64,000 nt of DNA from Balanoglossus misakiensis (Eukaryota > Animalia > Hemichordata). The DNA lies in the NCBI GenBank assembly GCA_040954595.2, contig CM082579.2:15042550-15106549 (forward strand), given 5' to 3'. A program made the position numbers and the translations under genes. Below, one piece after another: positions 23,341 through 37,710 of the stretch (within the stretch, counting starts at the first letter, position 1; every line of letters begins with the position of its first letter). Under the pieces are notes generated by a model that had not been told where the DNA came from, made no database searches, and worked only from the letters and a program-made list of their open reading frames with translations.

Positions 23341-26300
23341 GTCGATTTTTTAAAAAAAAACGTGTGAAAATCATCAAAAAATGACAAATTTTGAAAAAAA
23401 AACAGGTGAAAATCATCAAAAAATGACACATTTTCGTCGACTTTGCAAAATCTCAAAATTTCGTCGATTTTTGAAAAAAATCATGGGGGAAAATCATGAA
23501 AAAATGACAAATTTTCCTCTGCAAAATCTCAAAATTTCGTCGATTTTTAAAAAAAGACATGGGTGAAAATCATCAAAAAATAACAAATTTTCGACTTTGC
23601 AAAATCTCAAAATTTCGTCCATTTTTGAAAAAAAATCATGGGTAAAAATCATCAAAAAATGACAAATTTTCGTCTTTGCAAAATCTCACAATTTCGTAGA
23701 TTTTTGAAAAAAATCATGTGTGAAAATCATCAAAAAATGACAAATTTTCGACTTTGCAAAATCTCAAAATTTCGTCAATTTTTGAAAAAATCATGGGTGA
23801 AAATCATCAAAAAATGACAAATTTTCGTCTTTGCAAAATCTCAAAATTTCGTCCATTTTGAAAAATAATATGGGTGAAAATCATCAAAAAATGACAAATT
23901 TTTGACTGCAAAATCTCAAAATTTCGTAGATTTCTGAAAAAAATCATGTGTGAAAATCATCAAAAAATGACAAATTTTCGACTTTGCAAAATCTCAAAAT
24001 TTCGTCAATTTTTAAAAAAAAATCATGGGTGAAAATCATCAAAAAATGACAAATTTTCGTCTTTGCAAAATCTCAAAATTTCGTCGGTTTTTGAAAAATA
24101 ATATGGGTGAAAATCATCAAAAAATGACAAATTTTTGACTGCAAAATCTCAAAATTTCGTCGATTTTTGAAAAAAATTATGGGTGAAAATCATCAAAAAA
24201 TGACAAATTTTCGACTTTGCAAAATCTCAAAATTTCGTCGGTTTTGAAAAAAATCATGGGTTCGTCGATTTTTTTAAATAAAAACATGGGTGAAAATCAT
24301 CAAAAAATGACAAATTTTGAAAAAAAAACGGGTGAAAATCATCAAAAAATGACACATTTTCGTCGACTTTGCAAAATCTCAAAATTTCGTCGATTTTTGA
24401 AAAAAATCATGGGGGAAAATCATGAAAAAATGACAAATTTTCCTCTTTGCAAAATCTCAAAATTTCGTCGATTTTTAAAAAAAGACATGGGTGAAAATCA
24501 TCAAAAAATAACAAATTTTCGACTTTGCAAAATCTCAAAATTTCGTCCATTTTTGAAAAAAAATCATGGGTAAAAATCATCAAAAAATGACAAATTTTCG
24601 TCTTTGCAAAATCTCACAATTTCGTCGATTTTTGAAAAAAATCATGTGTGAAAATCATCAAAAAATGACAAATTTTCGACTTTGCAAAATCTCAAAATTT
24701 CGTCAATTTTTGAAAAAATCATGGGTGAAAATCATCAAAAATGACAAATTTTCGTCTTTGCAAAATCTCAAATTTTCGTCGATTTTTGAAAAAAAATCAT
24801 GGTTGAAAATCATCAAAAAATGACAAAATTTTCGACTTTGTAAAATCACAAAATTTCGTCGATTTTGAAAAAAATCATAGGTTCGTCGATTTTTAAAAAA
24901 AAATCATGGGTAAAAATCATCAAAAATGACAAATTTTCGTCTTTGCAAAATCTCAAATTTTCGTCGATTTTTGAAAAAAAATCATGGTTGAAAATCATCA
25001 AAAAATGACAAAATTTTCGACTTTGCAAAATCTCAAAATTTCGTCGATTTTTGAAAAAAAATCATGGTAAAAATCATCAAAAAATGACAAATTTTCGACT
25101 TTGCAAAATCTCAAATTTTAGTCGATTTTTGAAAAAAAATCATAGGTGAAAATCATCAAAAAATGACAAATTTTCGACTTTGCAAAATCTCAAAATTTCG
25201 TCAATTTTTGAAAAAAATCAGGGGTAAAAATCATCAAAAAATGACAAATTTTCGTCTTTGCTAAATCTCAAAATTTCGTCGGTTTTTGAAAAATAATATT
25301 GGTGAAAGTCATCAAAAAATGACAAATTTTCGTCTTTGCAAAATCTCAAATTTTCGTCGATTTTTGAAAAAAAATCATGGTTGAAAATCATCAAAAAATG
25401 ACAAAATTTTCGACTTTGTAAAATCACAAAATTTCGTCGATTTTGAAAAAAATCATAGGTTCGTCGATTTTTAAAAAAAAAACATGGGTGAAAATCATCA
25501 AAAAATGACAAATTTTCGACTTTGCAAAATCTCAAAATTTCGTCGATTTTTGAAAAAAAATCATGGGTAAAAATCATCAAAAAATGACACATTTTCGATT
25601 ATGCAAAATCTCAAAATTTCGTCGATTTTTGAAAAAAAATCATGGGTGAAAATCATGAAAAAATGACACATTTTCGACTTTGAAAAATCTAAAAATTTCG
25701 TCGATTTTTGAAAAAAAATCATGGGTAAAAATCATCAAAAATGACAAATTTTCGTCTTTGCAAAATCTTAAAATTTCGTCGATTTTTGAAAAAAATCATG
25801 GGTGAAAATCATCAAAAAATGACAAATTTTCGACTTTGCAAAATCTCAAAATTTCGTCAATTTTTGAAAAAATCATGGGTAAAAATCATCAAAAAATGAC
25901 AAATTTTCGTCTTTGCTAAATCTCAAAATTTCGTCGGTTTTTGAAAAATAATATGGGTGAAAATCATCAAAAAATGACAAATTTTCGACTTTGCAAAATC
26001 TCAAAATTTCGTCGATTTTTGAATAAAAATCATGGGTGAAAATCATCAAAAAATGACACATTTTCGACTTTGCAAAATCTCAAAATTTCGTCGATTTTGA
26101 AAAAAATCATAGGTTCGTCGATTTTTTAAAAAAAAACATGGGTGAAAATCATCAAAAAATGACAAATTTTGAAAAAAAACGGGTGAAAATCATCAAAAAA
26201 TGACACATTTTCGTCGACTTTGCAAAATCTCAAAATTTCGTCGATTTTTGAAAAAAATTATGGGTGAAAATCATCAAAAAATGACAAATTTTCGACTTTG

Positions 26301-29300
26301 CAAAATCTCAAAATTTCGTCGGTTTTGAAAAAAATCATGGGTTCGTCGATTTTTTTAAATAAAAACATGGGTGAAAATCATCAAAAAATGACAAATGTTC
26401 GACTTTGCAAAATCTAAAAATTTTGTCGATTTTTGAAAAAAAATCATGGGTGAAAATCATCAAAAAATGACAAAATTTTCGACTTTGTAAAATCACAAAA
26501 TTTCGTCGATTTTGAAAAAAATCATAGGTTCGTCGATTTTTTAAAAAAAAACATGGGTGAAAATCATCAAAAAATGACAAATTTTGAAAAAAAAAACGGG
26601 TGAAAATCATCAAAAAATGACACATTTTCGTCGACTTTGCAAAATCTCAAAATTTCGTCGATTTTTGAAAAAAATCATGGGGGAAAATCATGAAAAAATG
26701 ACAAATTTTCCTCTTTGCAAAATCTCAAAATTTCGTCGATTTTTAAAAAAAGACATGGGTGAAAATCATCAAAAAATAACAAATTTTCGACTTTGCAAAA
26801 TCTCAAAATTTCGTCCATTTTTGAAAAAAAATCATGGGCAAAAATCATCAAAAAATGACAAATTTTCGTCTTTGCAAAATCTCACAATTTCGTCGATTTT
26901 TGAAAAAAATCATGTGTGAAAATCATCAAAAAATGACAAATTTTCGACTTTGCAAAATCTCAAAATTTCGTCAATTTTTGAAAAAATCATGGGTGAAAAT
27001 CATCAAAAATGACAAATTTTCGTCTTTGCAAAATCTCAAATTTTCGTCGATTTTTGAAAAAAAATCATGGTTGAAAATCATCAAAAAATGACAAAATTTT
27101 CGACTTTGTAAAATCACAAAATTTCGTCGATTTTGAAAAAAATCATAGGTTCGTCGATTTTTAAAAAAAAATCATGGGTAAAAATCATCAAAAATGACAA
27201 ATTTTCGTCTTTGCAAAATCTCAAATTTTCGTCGATTTTTGAAAAAAAATCATGGTTGAAAATCATCAAAAAATGACAAAATTTTCGACTTTGCAAAATC
27301 TCAAAATTTCGTCGATTTTTGAAAAAAAATCATGGTAAAAATCATCAAAAAATGACAAATTTTCGACTTTGCAAAATCTCAAATTTTAGTCGATTTTTGA
27401 AAAAAAATCATAGGTGAAAATCATCAAAAAATGACAAATTTTCGACTTTGCAAAATCTCAAAATTTCGTCGGTTTTTGAAAAATAATATGGGTGAAAATC
27501 ATCAAAAAATGACAAATTTTTGACTGCAAAATCTCAAAATTTCGTCGATTTTTGAAAAAAATTATGGGTGAAAATCATCAAAAAATGACAAATTTTCGAC
27601 TTTGCAAAATCTCAAAATTTCGTCGGTTTTGAAAAAAATCATGGGTTCGTCGATTTTTTTAAATAAAAACATGGGTGAAAATCATCAAAAAATGACAAAT
27701 GTTCGACTTTGCAAAATCTAAAAATTTTGTCGATTTTTGAAAAAAAATCATGGGTGAAAATCATCAAAAAATGACAAAATTTTCGACTTTGTAAAATCAC
27801 AAAATTTCGTCGATTTTGAAAAAAATCATAGGTTCGTCGATTTTTTAAAAAAAAACATGGGTGAAAATCATCAAAAAATGACAAATTTTGAAAAAAAAAC
27901 GGGTGAAAATCATCAAAAAATGACACATTTTCGTCGACTTTGCAAAATCTCAAAATTTCGTCGATTTTTGAAAAAAATCATGGGGGAAAATCATGAAAAA
28001 ATGACAAATTTTCCTCTTTGCAAAATCTCAAAATTTCGTCGATTTTTAAAAAAAGACATGGGTGAAAATCATCAAAAAATAACAAATTTTCGACTTTGCA
28101 AAATCTCAAAATTTCGTCCATTTTTGAAAAAAAATCATGGGTAAAAATCATCAAAAAATGACAAATTTTCGTCTTTGCAAAATCTCACAATTTCGTCGAT
28201 TTTTGAAAAAAATCATGTGTGAAAATCATCAAAAAATGACAAATTTTCGACTTTGCAAAATCTCAAAATTTCGTCAATTTTTGAAAAAATCATGGGTGAA
28301 AATCATCAAAAATGACAAATTTTCGTCTTTGCAAAATCTCAAATTTTCGTCGATTTTTGAAAAAAAATCATGGTTGAAAATCATCAAAAAATGACAAAAT
28401 TTTCGACTTTGTAATATCACAAAATTTCGTCGATTTTGAAAAAAATCATAGGTTCGTCGATTTTTAAAAAAAAATCATGGGTAAAAATCATCAAAAATGA
28501 CAAATTTTCGTCTTTGCAAAATCTCAAATTTTCGTCGATTTTTGAAAAAAAATCATGGTTGAAAATCATCAAAAAATGACAAAATTTTCGACTTTGCAAA
28601 ATCTCAAAATTTCGTCGATTTTTGAAAAAAAATCATGGTAAAAATCATCAAAAAATGACAAATTTTCGACTTTGCAAAATCTCAAATTTTAGTCGATTTT
28701 TGAAAAAAAATCATAGGTGAAAATCATCAAAAAATGACAAATTTTCGACTTTGCAAAATCTCAAAATTTCGTCAATTTTTGAAAAAAATCAGGGGTAAAA
28801 ATCATCAAAAAATGACAAATTTTCGTCTTTGCTAAATCTCAAAATTTCGTCGGTTTTTGAAAAATAATATTGGTGAAAGTCATCAAAAAATGACAAATTT
28901 TCGTCTTTGCAAAATCTCAAATTTTCGTCGATTTTTGAAAAAAAATCATGGTTGAAAATCATCAAAAAATGACAAAATTTTCGACTTTGTAAAATCACAA
29001 AATTTCGTCGATTTTGAAAAAAATCATAGGTTCGTCGATTTTTAAAAAAAAAACATGGGTGAAAATCATCAAAAAATGACAAATTTTCGACTTTGCAAAA
29101 TCTCAAAATTTCGTCGATTTTTGAAAAAAAATCATGGGTAAAAATCATCAAAAAATGACACATTTTCGATTATGCAAAATCTCAAAATTTCGTCGATTTT
29201 TGAAAAAAAATCATGGGTGAAAATCATGAAAAAATGACACATTTTCGACTTTGAAAAATCTAAAAATTTCGTCGATTTTTGAAAAAAAATCATGGGTAAA

Positions 29301-32300
29301 AATCATCAAAAATGACAAATTTTCGTCTTTGCAAAATCTTAAAATTTCGTCGATTTTTGAAAAAAATCATGGGTGAAAATCATCAAAAAATGACAAATTT
29401 TCGACTTTGCAAAATCTCAAAATTTCGTCAATTTTTGAAAAAATCATGGGTAAAAATCATCAAAAAATGACAAATTTTCGTCTTTGCTAAATCTCAAAAT
29501 TTCGTCGGTTTTTGAAAAATAATATGGGTGAAAATCATCAAAAAATGACAAATTTTCGACTTTGCAAAATCTCAAAATTTCGTCGATTTTTGAATAAAAA
29601 TCATGGGTGAAAATCATCAAAAAATGACACATTTTCGACTTTGCAAAATCTCAAAATTTCGTCGATTTTGAAAAAAATCATAGGTTCGTCGATTTTTTAA
29701 AAAAAAACATGGGTGAAAATCATCAAAAAATGACAAATTTTGAAAAAAAACGGGTGAAAATCATCAAAAAATGACACATTTTCGTCGACTTTGCAAAATC
29801 TCAAAATTTCGTCGATTTTTGAAAAAAATCATGGGGGAAAATCATGAAAAAATGACAAATTTTCCTCTTTGCAAAATCTCAAAATTTCGTCGATTTTTAA
29901 AAAAAGACATGGGTGAAAATCATCAAAAAATAACAAATTTTCGACTTTGCAAAATCTCAAAATTTCGTCCATTTTTGAAAAAAAATCATGGGTAAAAATC
30001 ATCAAAAAATGACAAATTTTCGTCTTTGCAAAATCTCACAATTTCGTCGATTTTTGAAAAAAATCATGTGTGAAAATCATCAAAAAATGACAAATTTTCG
30101 TCTTTGCAAAATCTCAAATTTTCGTCGATTTTTGAAAAAAAATCATGGTTGAAAATCATCAAAAAATGACAAAATTTTCGACTTTGTAAAATCACAAAAT
30201 TTCGTCGATTTTGAAAAAAATCATAGGTTCGTCGATTTTTAAAAAAAAATCATGGGTAAAAATCATCAAAAATGACAAATTTTCGTCTTTGCAAAATCTC
30301 AAATTTTCGTCGATTTTTGAAAAAAAATCATGGTTGAAAATCATCAAAAAATGACAAAATTTTCGACTTTGTAAAATCACAAAATTTCGTCGATTTTGAA
30401 AAAAATCATAGGTTCGTCGATTTTTTAAAAAAAAACATGTGTGAAAATCATCAAAAAATGACAAATTTTGAAAAAAAAACAGGTGAAAATCATCAAAAAA
30501 TGACACATTTTCGTCGACTTTGCAAAATCTCAAAATTTCGTCGATTTTTGAAAAAAGACATGGGTGAAAATCATCAAAAAATAACAAATTTTCCTCTGCA
30601 AAATCTCAAAATTTCGTCGATTTTTAAAAAAAGACATGGGTGAAAATCATCAAAAAATAACAAATTTTCGACTTTGCAAAATCTCAAAATTTCGTCCATT
30701 TTTGAAAAAAAATCATGGGTAAAAATCATCAAAAAATGACAAATTTTCGTCTTTGCAAAATCTCACAATTTCGTCGATTTTTGAAAAAAATCATGTGTGA
30801 AAATCATCAAAAAATGACAAATTTTCGTCTTTGCAAAATCTCAAATTTTCGTCGATTTTTGAAAAAAAATCATGGTTGAAAATCATCAAAAAATGACAAA
30901 ATTTTCGACTTTGTAAAATCACAAAATTTCGTCGATTTTGAAAAAAATCATAGGTTCGTCGATTTTTAAAAAAAAATCATGGGTAAAAATCATCAAAAAT
31001 GACAAATTTTCGTCTTTGCAAAATCTCAAATTTTCGTCGATTTTTGAAAAAAAATCATGGTTGAAAATCATCAAAAAATGACAAAATTTTCGACTTTGTA
31101 AAATCACAAAATTTCGTCGATTTTGAAAAAAATCATAGGTTCGTCGATTTTTTAAAAAAAAACATGTGTGAAAATCATCAAAAAATGACAAATTTTGAAA
31201 AAAAAACAGGTGAAAATCATCAAAAAATGACACATTTTCGTCGACTTTGCAAAATCTCAAAATTTCGTCGATTTTTGAAAAAAGACATGGGGGAAAATCA
31301 TGAAAAAATGACAAATTTTCCTCTGCAAAATCTCAAAATTTCGTCGATTTTTAAAAAAAGACATGGGTGAAAATCATCAAAAAATAACAAATTTTCGACT
31401 TTGCAAAATCTCAAAATTTCGTCCATTTTTGAAAAAAAATCATGGGTAAAAATCATCAAAAAATGACAAATTTTCGTCTTTGCAAAATCTCACAATTTCG
31501 TAGATTTTTGAAAAAAATCATGTGTGAAAATCATCAAAAAATGACAAATTTTCGACTTTGCAAAATCTCAAAATTTCGTCAATTTTTGAAAAAATCATGG
31601 GTGAAAATCATCAAAAAATGACAAATTTTCGTCTTTGCAAAATCTCAAAATTTCGTCCATTTTGAAAAATAATATGGGTGAAAATCATCAAAAAATGACA
31701 AATTTTTGACTGCAAAATCTCAAAATTTCGTAGATTTCTGAAAAAAATCATGTGTGAAAATCATCAAAAAATGACAAATTTTCGACTTTGCAAAATCTCA
31801 AAATTTCGTCAATTTTTAAAAAAAAATCATGGGTGAAAATCATCAAAAAATGACAAATTTTCGTCTTTGCAAAATCTCAAAATTTCGTCGGTTTTTGAAA
31901 AATAATATGGGTGAAAATCATCAAAAAATGACAAATTTTTGACTGCAAAATCTCAAAATTTCGTCGATTTTTGAAAAAAATTATGGGTGAAAATCATCAA
32001 AAAATGACAAAATTTTCGACTTTGTAAAATCACAAAATTTCGTCGATTTTGAAAAAAATCATAGGTTCGTCGATTTTTTAAAAAAAAACATGTGTGAAAA
32101 TCATCAAAAAATGACAAATTTTGAAAAAAAAACAGGTGAAAATCATCAAAAAATAACAAATTTTCCTCTGCAAAATCTCAAAATTTCGTCGATTTTTAAA
32201 AAAAGACATGGGTGAAAATCATCAAAAAATGACAAATTTTCGTCTTTGCAAAATCTTAAAATTTCGTCGATTTTTGAAAAAAATCATGGGTGAAAATCAT

Positions 32301-35300
32301 CAAAAAATGACAAATTTTCGACTTTGCAAAATCTCAAAATTTCGTCAATTTTTGAAAAAATCATGGGTAAAAATCATCAAAAAATGACAAATTTTCGTCT
32401 TTGCTAAATCTCAAAATTTCGTCGGTTTTTGAAAAATAATATGGGTGAAAATCATCAAAAAATGACAAATTTTCGACTTTGCAAAATCTCAAAATTTCGT
32501 CGATTTTTGAATAAAAATCATGGGTGAAAATCATCAAAAAATGACACATTTTCGACTTTGCAAAATCTCAAAATTTCGTCGATTTTGAAAAAAATCATAG
32601 GTTCGTCGATTTTTTAAAAAAAAACATGTGTGAAAATCATCAAAAAATGACAAATTTTGAAAAAAAAACAGGTGAAAATCATCAAAAAATGACACATTTT
32701 CGTCGACTTTGCAAAATCTCAAAATTTCGTCGATTTTTGAAAAAAGACATGGGTGAAAATCATCAAAAAATAACAAATTTTCCTCTGCAAAATCTCAAAA
32801 TTTCGTCGATTTTTAAAAAAAGACATGGGTGAAAATCATCAAAAAATAACAAATTTCCGACTTTGCAAAATCTCAAAATTTCGTCCATTTTTGAAAAAAA
32901 ATCATGGGTAAAAATCATCAAAAAATGACAAATTTTCGTCTTTGCAAAATCTCACAATTTCGTCGATTTTTGAAAAAAATCATGTGTGAAAATCATCAAA
33001 AAATGACAAATTTTCGTCTTTGCAAAATCTCAAATTTTCGTCGATTTTTGAAAAAAAATCATGGTTGAAAATCATCAAAAAATGACAAAATTTTCGACTT
33101 TGTAAAATCACAAAATTTCGTCGATTTTGAAAAAAATCATAGGTTCGTCGATTTTTAAAAAAAAATCATGGGTAAAAATCATCAAAAATGACAAATTTTC
33201 GTCTTTGCAAAATCTCAAATTTTCGTCGATTTTTGAAAAAAAATCATGGTTGAAAATCATCAAAAAATGACAAAATTTTCGACTTTGTAAAATCACAAAA
33301 TTTCGTCGATTTTGAAAAAAATCATAGGTTCGTCGATTTTTTAAAAAAAAACATGTGTGAAAATCATCAAAAAATGACAAATTTTGAAAAAAAAACAGGT
33401 GAAAATCATCAAAAAATGACACATTTTCGTCGACTTTGCAAAATCTCAAAATTTCGTCGATTTTTGAAAAAAGACATGGGGGAAAATCATGAAAAAATGA
33501 CAAATTTTCCTCTGCAAAATCTCAAAATTTCGTCGATTTTTAAAAAAAGACATGGGTGAAAATCATCAAAAAATAACAAATTTTCGACTTTGCAAAATCT
33601 CAAAATTTCGTCCATTTTTGAAAAAAAATCATGGGTAAAAATCATCAAAAAATGACAAATTTTCGTCTTTGCAAAATCTCACAATTTCGTAGATTTTTGA
33701 AAAAAATCATGTGTGAAAATCATCAAAAAATGACAAATTTTCGACTTTGCAAAATCTCAAAATTTCGTCAATTTTTGAAAAAATCATGGGTGAAAATCAT
33801 CAAAAAATGACAAATTTTCGTCTTTGCAAAATCTCAAAATTTCGTCCATTTTGAAAAATAATATGGGTGAAAATCATCAAAAAATGACAAATTTTTGACT
33901 GCAAAATCTCAAAATTTCGTAGATTTCTGAAAAAAATCATGTGTGAAAATCATCAAAAAATGACAAATTTTCGACTTTGCAAAATCTCAAAATTTCGTCA
34001 ATTTTTAAAAAAAAATCATGGGTGAAAATCATCAAAAAATGACAAATTTTCGTCTTTGCAAAATCTCAAAATTTCGTCGGTTTTTGAAAAATAATATGGG
34101 TGAAAATCATCAAAAAATGACAAATTTTTGACTGCAAAATCTCAAAATTTCGTCGATTTTTGAAAAAAATTATGGGTGAAAATCATCAAAAAATGACAAA
34201 TTTTCGACTTTGCAAAATCTCAAAATTTCGTCGGTTTTGAAAAAAATCATGGGTTCGTCGATTTTTTTAAATAAAAACATGGGTGAAAATCATCAAAAAA
34301 TGACAAATGTTCGACTTTGCAAAATCTAAAAATTTTGTCGATTTTTGAAAAAAAATCATGGGTGAAAATCATCAAAAAATGACAAAATTTTCGACTTTGT
34401 AAAATCACAAAATTTCGTCGATTTTGAAAAAAATCATAGGTTCGTCGATTTTTTAAAAAAAAACATGGGTGAAAATCATCAAAAAATGACAAATTTTGAA
34501 AAAAAAACGGGTGAAAATCATCAAAAAATGACACGTTTTCGTCGACTTTGCAAAATCTCAAAATTTCGTCGATTTTTGAAAAAAATCATGGGGGAAAATC
34601 ATGAAAAAATGACAAATTTTCCTCTTTGCAAAATCTCAAAATTTCGTCGATTTTTAAAAAAAGACATGGGTGAAAATCATCAAAAAATAACAAATTTTCG
34701 ACTTTGCAAAATCTCAAAATTTCGTCCATTTTTGAAAAAAAATCATGGGTAAAAATCATCAAAAAATGACAAATTTTCGTCTTTGCAAAATCTCACAATT
34801 TCGTCGATTTTTGAAAAAAATCATGTGTGAAAATCATCAAAAAATGACAAATTTTCGACTTTGCAAAATCTCAAAATTTCGTCAATTTTTGAAAAAATCA
34901 TGGGTGAAAATCATCAAAAATGACAAATTTTCGTCTTTGCAAAATCTCAAATTTTCGTCGATTTTTGAAAAAAAATCATGGTTGAAAATCATCAAAAAAT
35001 GACAAAATTTTCGACTTTGTAAAATCACAAAATTTCGTCGATTTTGAAAAAAATCATAGGTTCGTCGATTTTTAAAAAAAAATCATGGGTAAAAATCATC
35101 AAAAATGACAAATTTTCGTCTTTGCAAAATCTCAAATTTTCGTCGATTTTTGAAAAAAAATCATGGTTGAAAATCATCAAAAAATGACAAAATTTTCGAC
35201 TTTGCAAAATCTCAAAATTTCGTCGATTTTTGAAAAAAAATCATGGTAAAAATCATCAAAAAATGACAAATTTTCGACTTTGCAAAATCTCAAATTTTAG

Positions 35301-35815
35301 TCGATTTTTGAAAAAAAATCATAGGTGAAAATCATCAAAAAATGACAAATTTTCGACTTTGCAAAATCTCAAAATTTCGTCAATTTTTGAAAAAAATCAG
35401 GGGTAAAAATCATCAAAAAATGACAAATTTTCGTCTTTGCTAAATCTCAAAATTTCGTCGGTTTTTGAAAAATAATATTGGTGAAAGTCATCAAAAAATG
35501 ACAAATTTTCGTCTTTGCAAAATCTCAAATTTTCGTCGATTTTTGAAAAAAAATCATGGTTGAAAATCATCAAAAAATGACAAAATTTTCGACTTTGTAA
35601 AATCACAAAATTTCGTCGATTTTGAAAAAAATCATAGGTTCGTCGATTTTTAAAAAAAAAACATGGGTGAAAATCATCAAAAAATGACAAATTTTCGACT
35701 TTGCAAAATCTCAAAATTTCGTCGATTTTTGAAAAAAAATCATGGGTAAAAATCATCAAAAAATGACACATTTTCGATTATGCAAAATCTCAAAATTTCG
35801 TCGATTTTTGAAAAA
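23341..35815. repeat. Satellite variant domain A (second occurrence), with internal duplications at offsets 3571, 1303, 727 and 2189 bp
   Basis: Domain-A markers return abruptly. ORF pairs 24566/28137 (3571), 26834/28137 (1303), 30192/30919 (727), 30919/33108 (2189). Confidence 0.85.
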
Positions 35816-37710
35816 AAATCATGGGTGAAAATCATCAAAAAATGACAAATTTTCGTCTTTGCAAAATCTCAAAATTTCGTCCATTTTTGAATAAAAATCA
35901 TGGGTAAAAATCATCAAAAATGACAAATTTTCGTCTTTGCAAAATCTCAAATTTTCGTCGATTTTTGAAAAAAAATCATGGTTGAAAATCATCAAAAAAT
36001 GACAAAATTTTCGACTTTGTAAAATCAAAAAATTTCGTCGATTTTGAAAAAAATCATAGGTTCGTCGATTTTTAAAAAAAAAACATGGGTGAAAATCATC
36101 AAAAAATGACAAATTTTCGTCTTTGCTAAATCTCAAAATTTCGTCCATTTTTGAAAAAAAAATCATGGGTAAAAATCATCAAAAAATGACAAATTTTCGT
36201 TTTTGCAAAATCTCAAAATTTCGTCCATTTTAAAAAAAAAAACATGGGGGAAAATCATCAAAAAATGACAAATTTTCGACTTTGCAAAATCTCAAAATTT
36301 CGTCCATTTTTGAATAAAAATCATGGGTAAAAATCATCAAAAATGACAAATTTTCGTCTTTGCAAAATCTCAAATTTTCGTCGATTTTTGAAAAAAAATC
36401 ATGGTTGAAAATCATCAAAAAATTACAAATTTTCGACTTTGCAAAATCTCAAAATTTCGTCGATTTTTGTAAAAAATCATGGGTGAAAATCATCAAAAAA
36501 TGACAAATTTTCGACTTTGCAAAATCTCAAAATTTAGTCGATTTTTGAAAAAAATCAGGGGTAAAAATCATCAAAAAATGACAAATTTTCGTCTTTGCTA
36601 AATCTCAAAATTTCGTCGGTTTTTGAAAAATAATATTGGTGAAAGTCATCAAAAAATGACAAATTTTCGTCTTTGCAAAATCTCAAATTTTCGTCGATTT
36701 TTGAAAAAAAATCATGGTTGAAAATCATCAAAAAATGACAAAATTTTCGACTTTGTAAAATCACAAAATTTCGTCGATTTTGAAAAAAATCATAGGTTCG
36801 TCGATTTTTAAAAAAAAAACATGGGTGAAAATCATCAAAAAATGACAAATTTTCGACTTTGCAAAATCTCAAAATTTCGTCGATTTTTGAAAAAAAATCA
36901 TGGGTAAAAATCATCAAAAAATGACACATTTTCGATTATGCAAAATCTCAAAATTTCGTCGATTTTTGAAAAAAAATCATGGGTGAAAATCATCAAAAAA
37001 TGACAAATTTTCGTCTTTGCAAAATCTCAAAATTTCGTCCATTTTTGAATAAAAATCATGGGTAAAAATCATCAAAAATGACAAATTTTCGTCTTTGCAA
37101 AATCTCAAATTTTCGTCGATTTTTGAAAAAAAATCATGGTTGAAAATCATCAAAAAATGACAAAATTTTCGACTTTGTAAAATCAAAAAATTTCGTCGAT
37201 TTTGAAAAAAATCATAGGTTCGTCGATTTTTAAAAAAAAAACATGGGTGAAAATCATCAAAAAATGACAAATTTTCGTCTTTGCTAAATCTCAAAATTTC
37301 GTCCATTTTTGAAAAAAAAATCATGGGTAAAAATCATCAAAAAATGACAAATTTTCGTTTTTGCAAAATCTCAAAATTTCGTCCATTTTAAAAAAAAAAC
37401 ATGGGGGAAAATCATCAAAAAATGACAAATTTTCGACTTTGCAAAATCTCAAAATTTCGTCCATTTTTGAATAAAAATCATGGGTAAAAATCATCAAAAA
37501 TGACAAATTTTCGTCTTTGCAAAATCTCAAATTTTCGTCGATTTTTGAAAAAAAATCATGGTTGAAAATCATCAAAAAATTACAAATTTTCGACTTTGCA
37601 AAATCTCAAAATTTCGTCGATTTTTGTAAAAAATCATGGGTGAAAATCATCAAAAAATGACAAATTTTCGACTTTGCAAAATCTCAAAATTTAGTCGATT
37701 TTTGAAAAAA
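35385..37710. repeat. Tandem duplication, period 1158 bp, spanning the A-to-B transition
   Basis: ORF pairs 35397/36555 and 35819/36977. The marker TCAGGGGTA...TAATATTGGTGAAAGTC is repeated. Confidence 0.88.
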
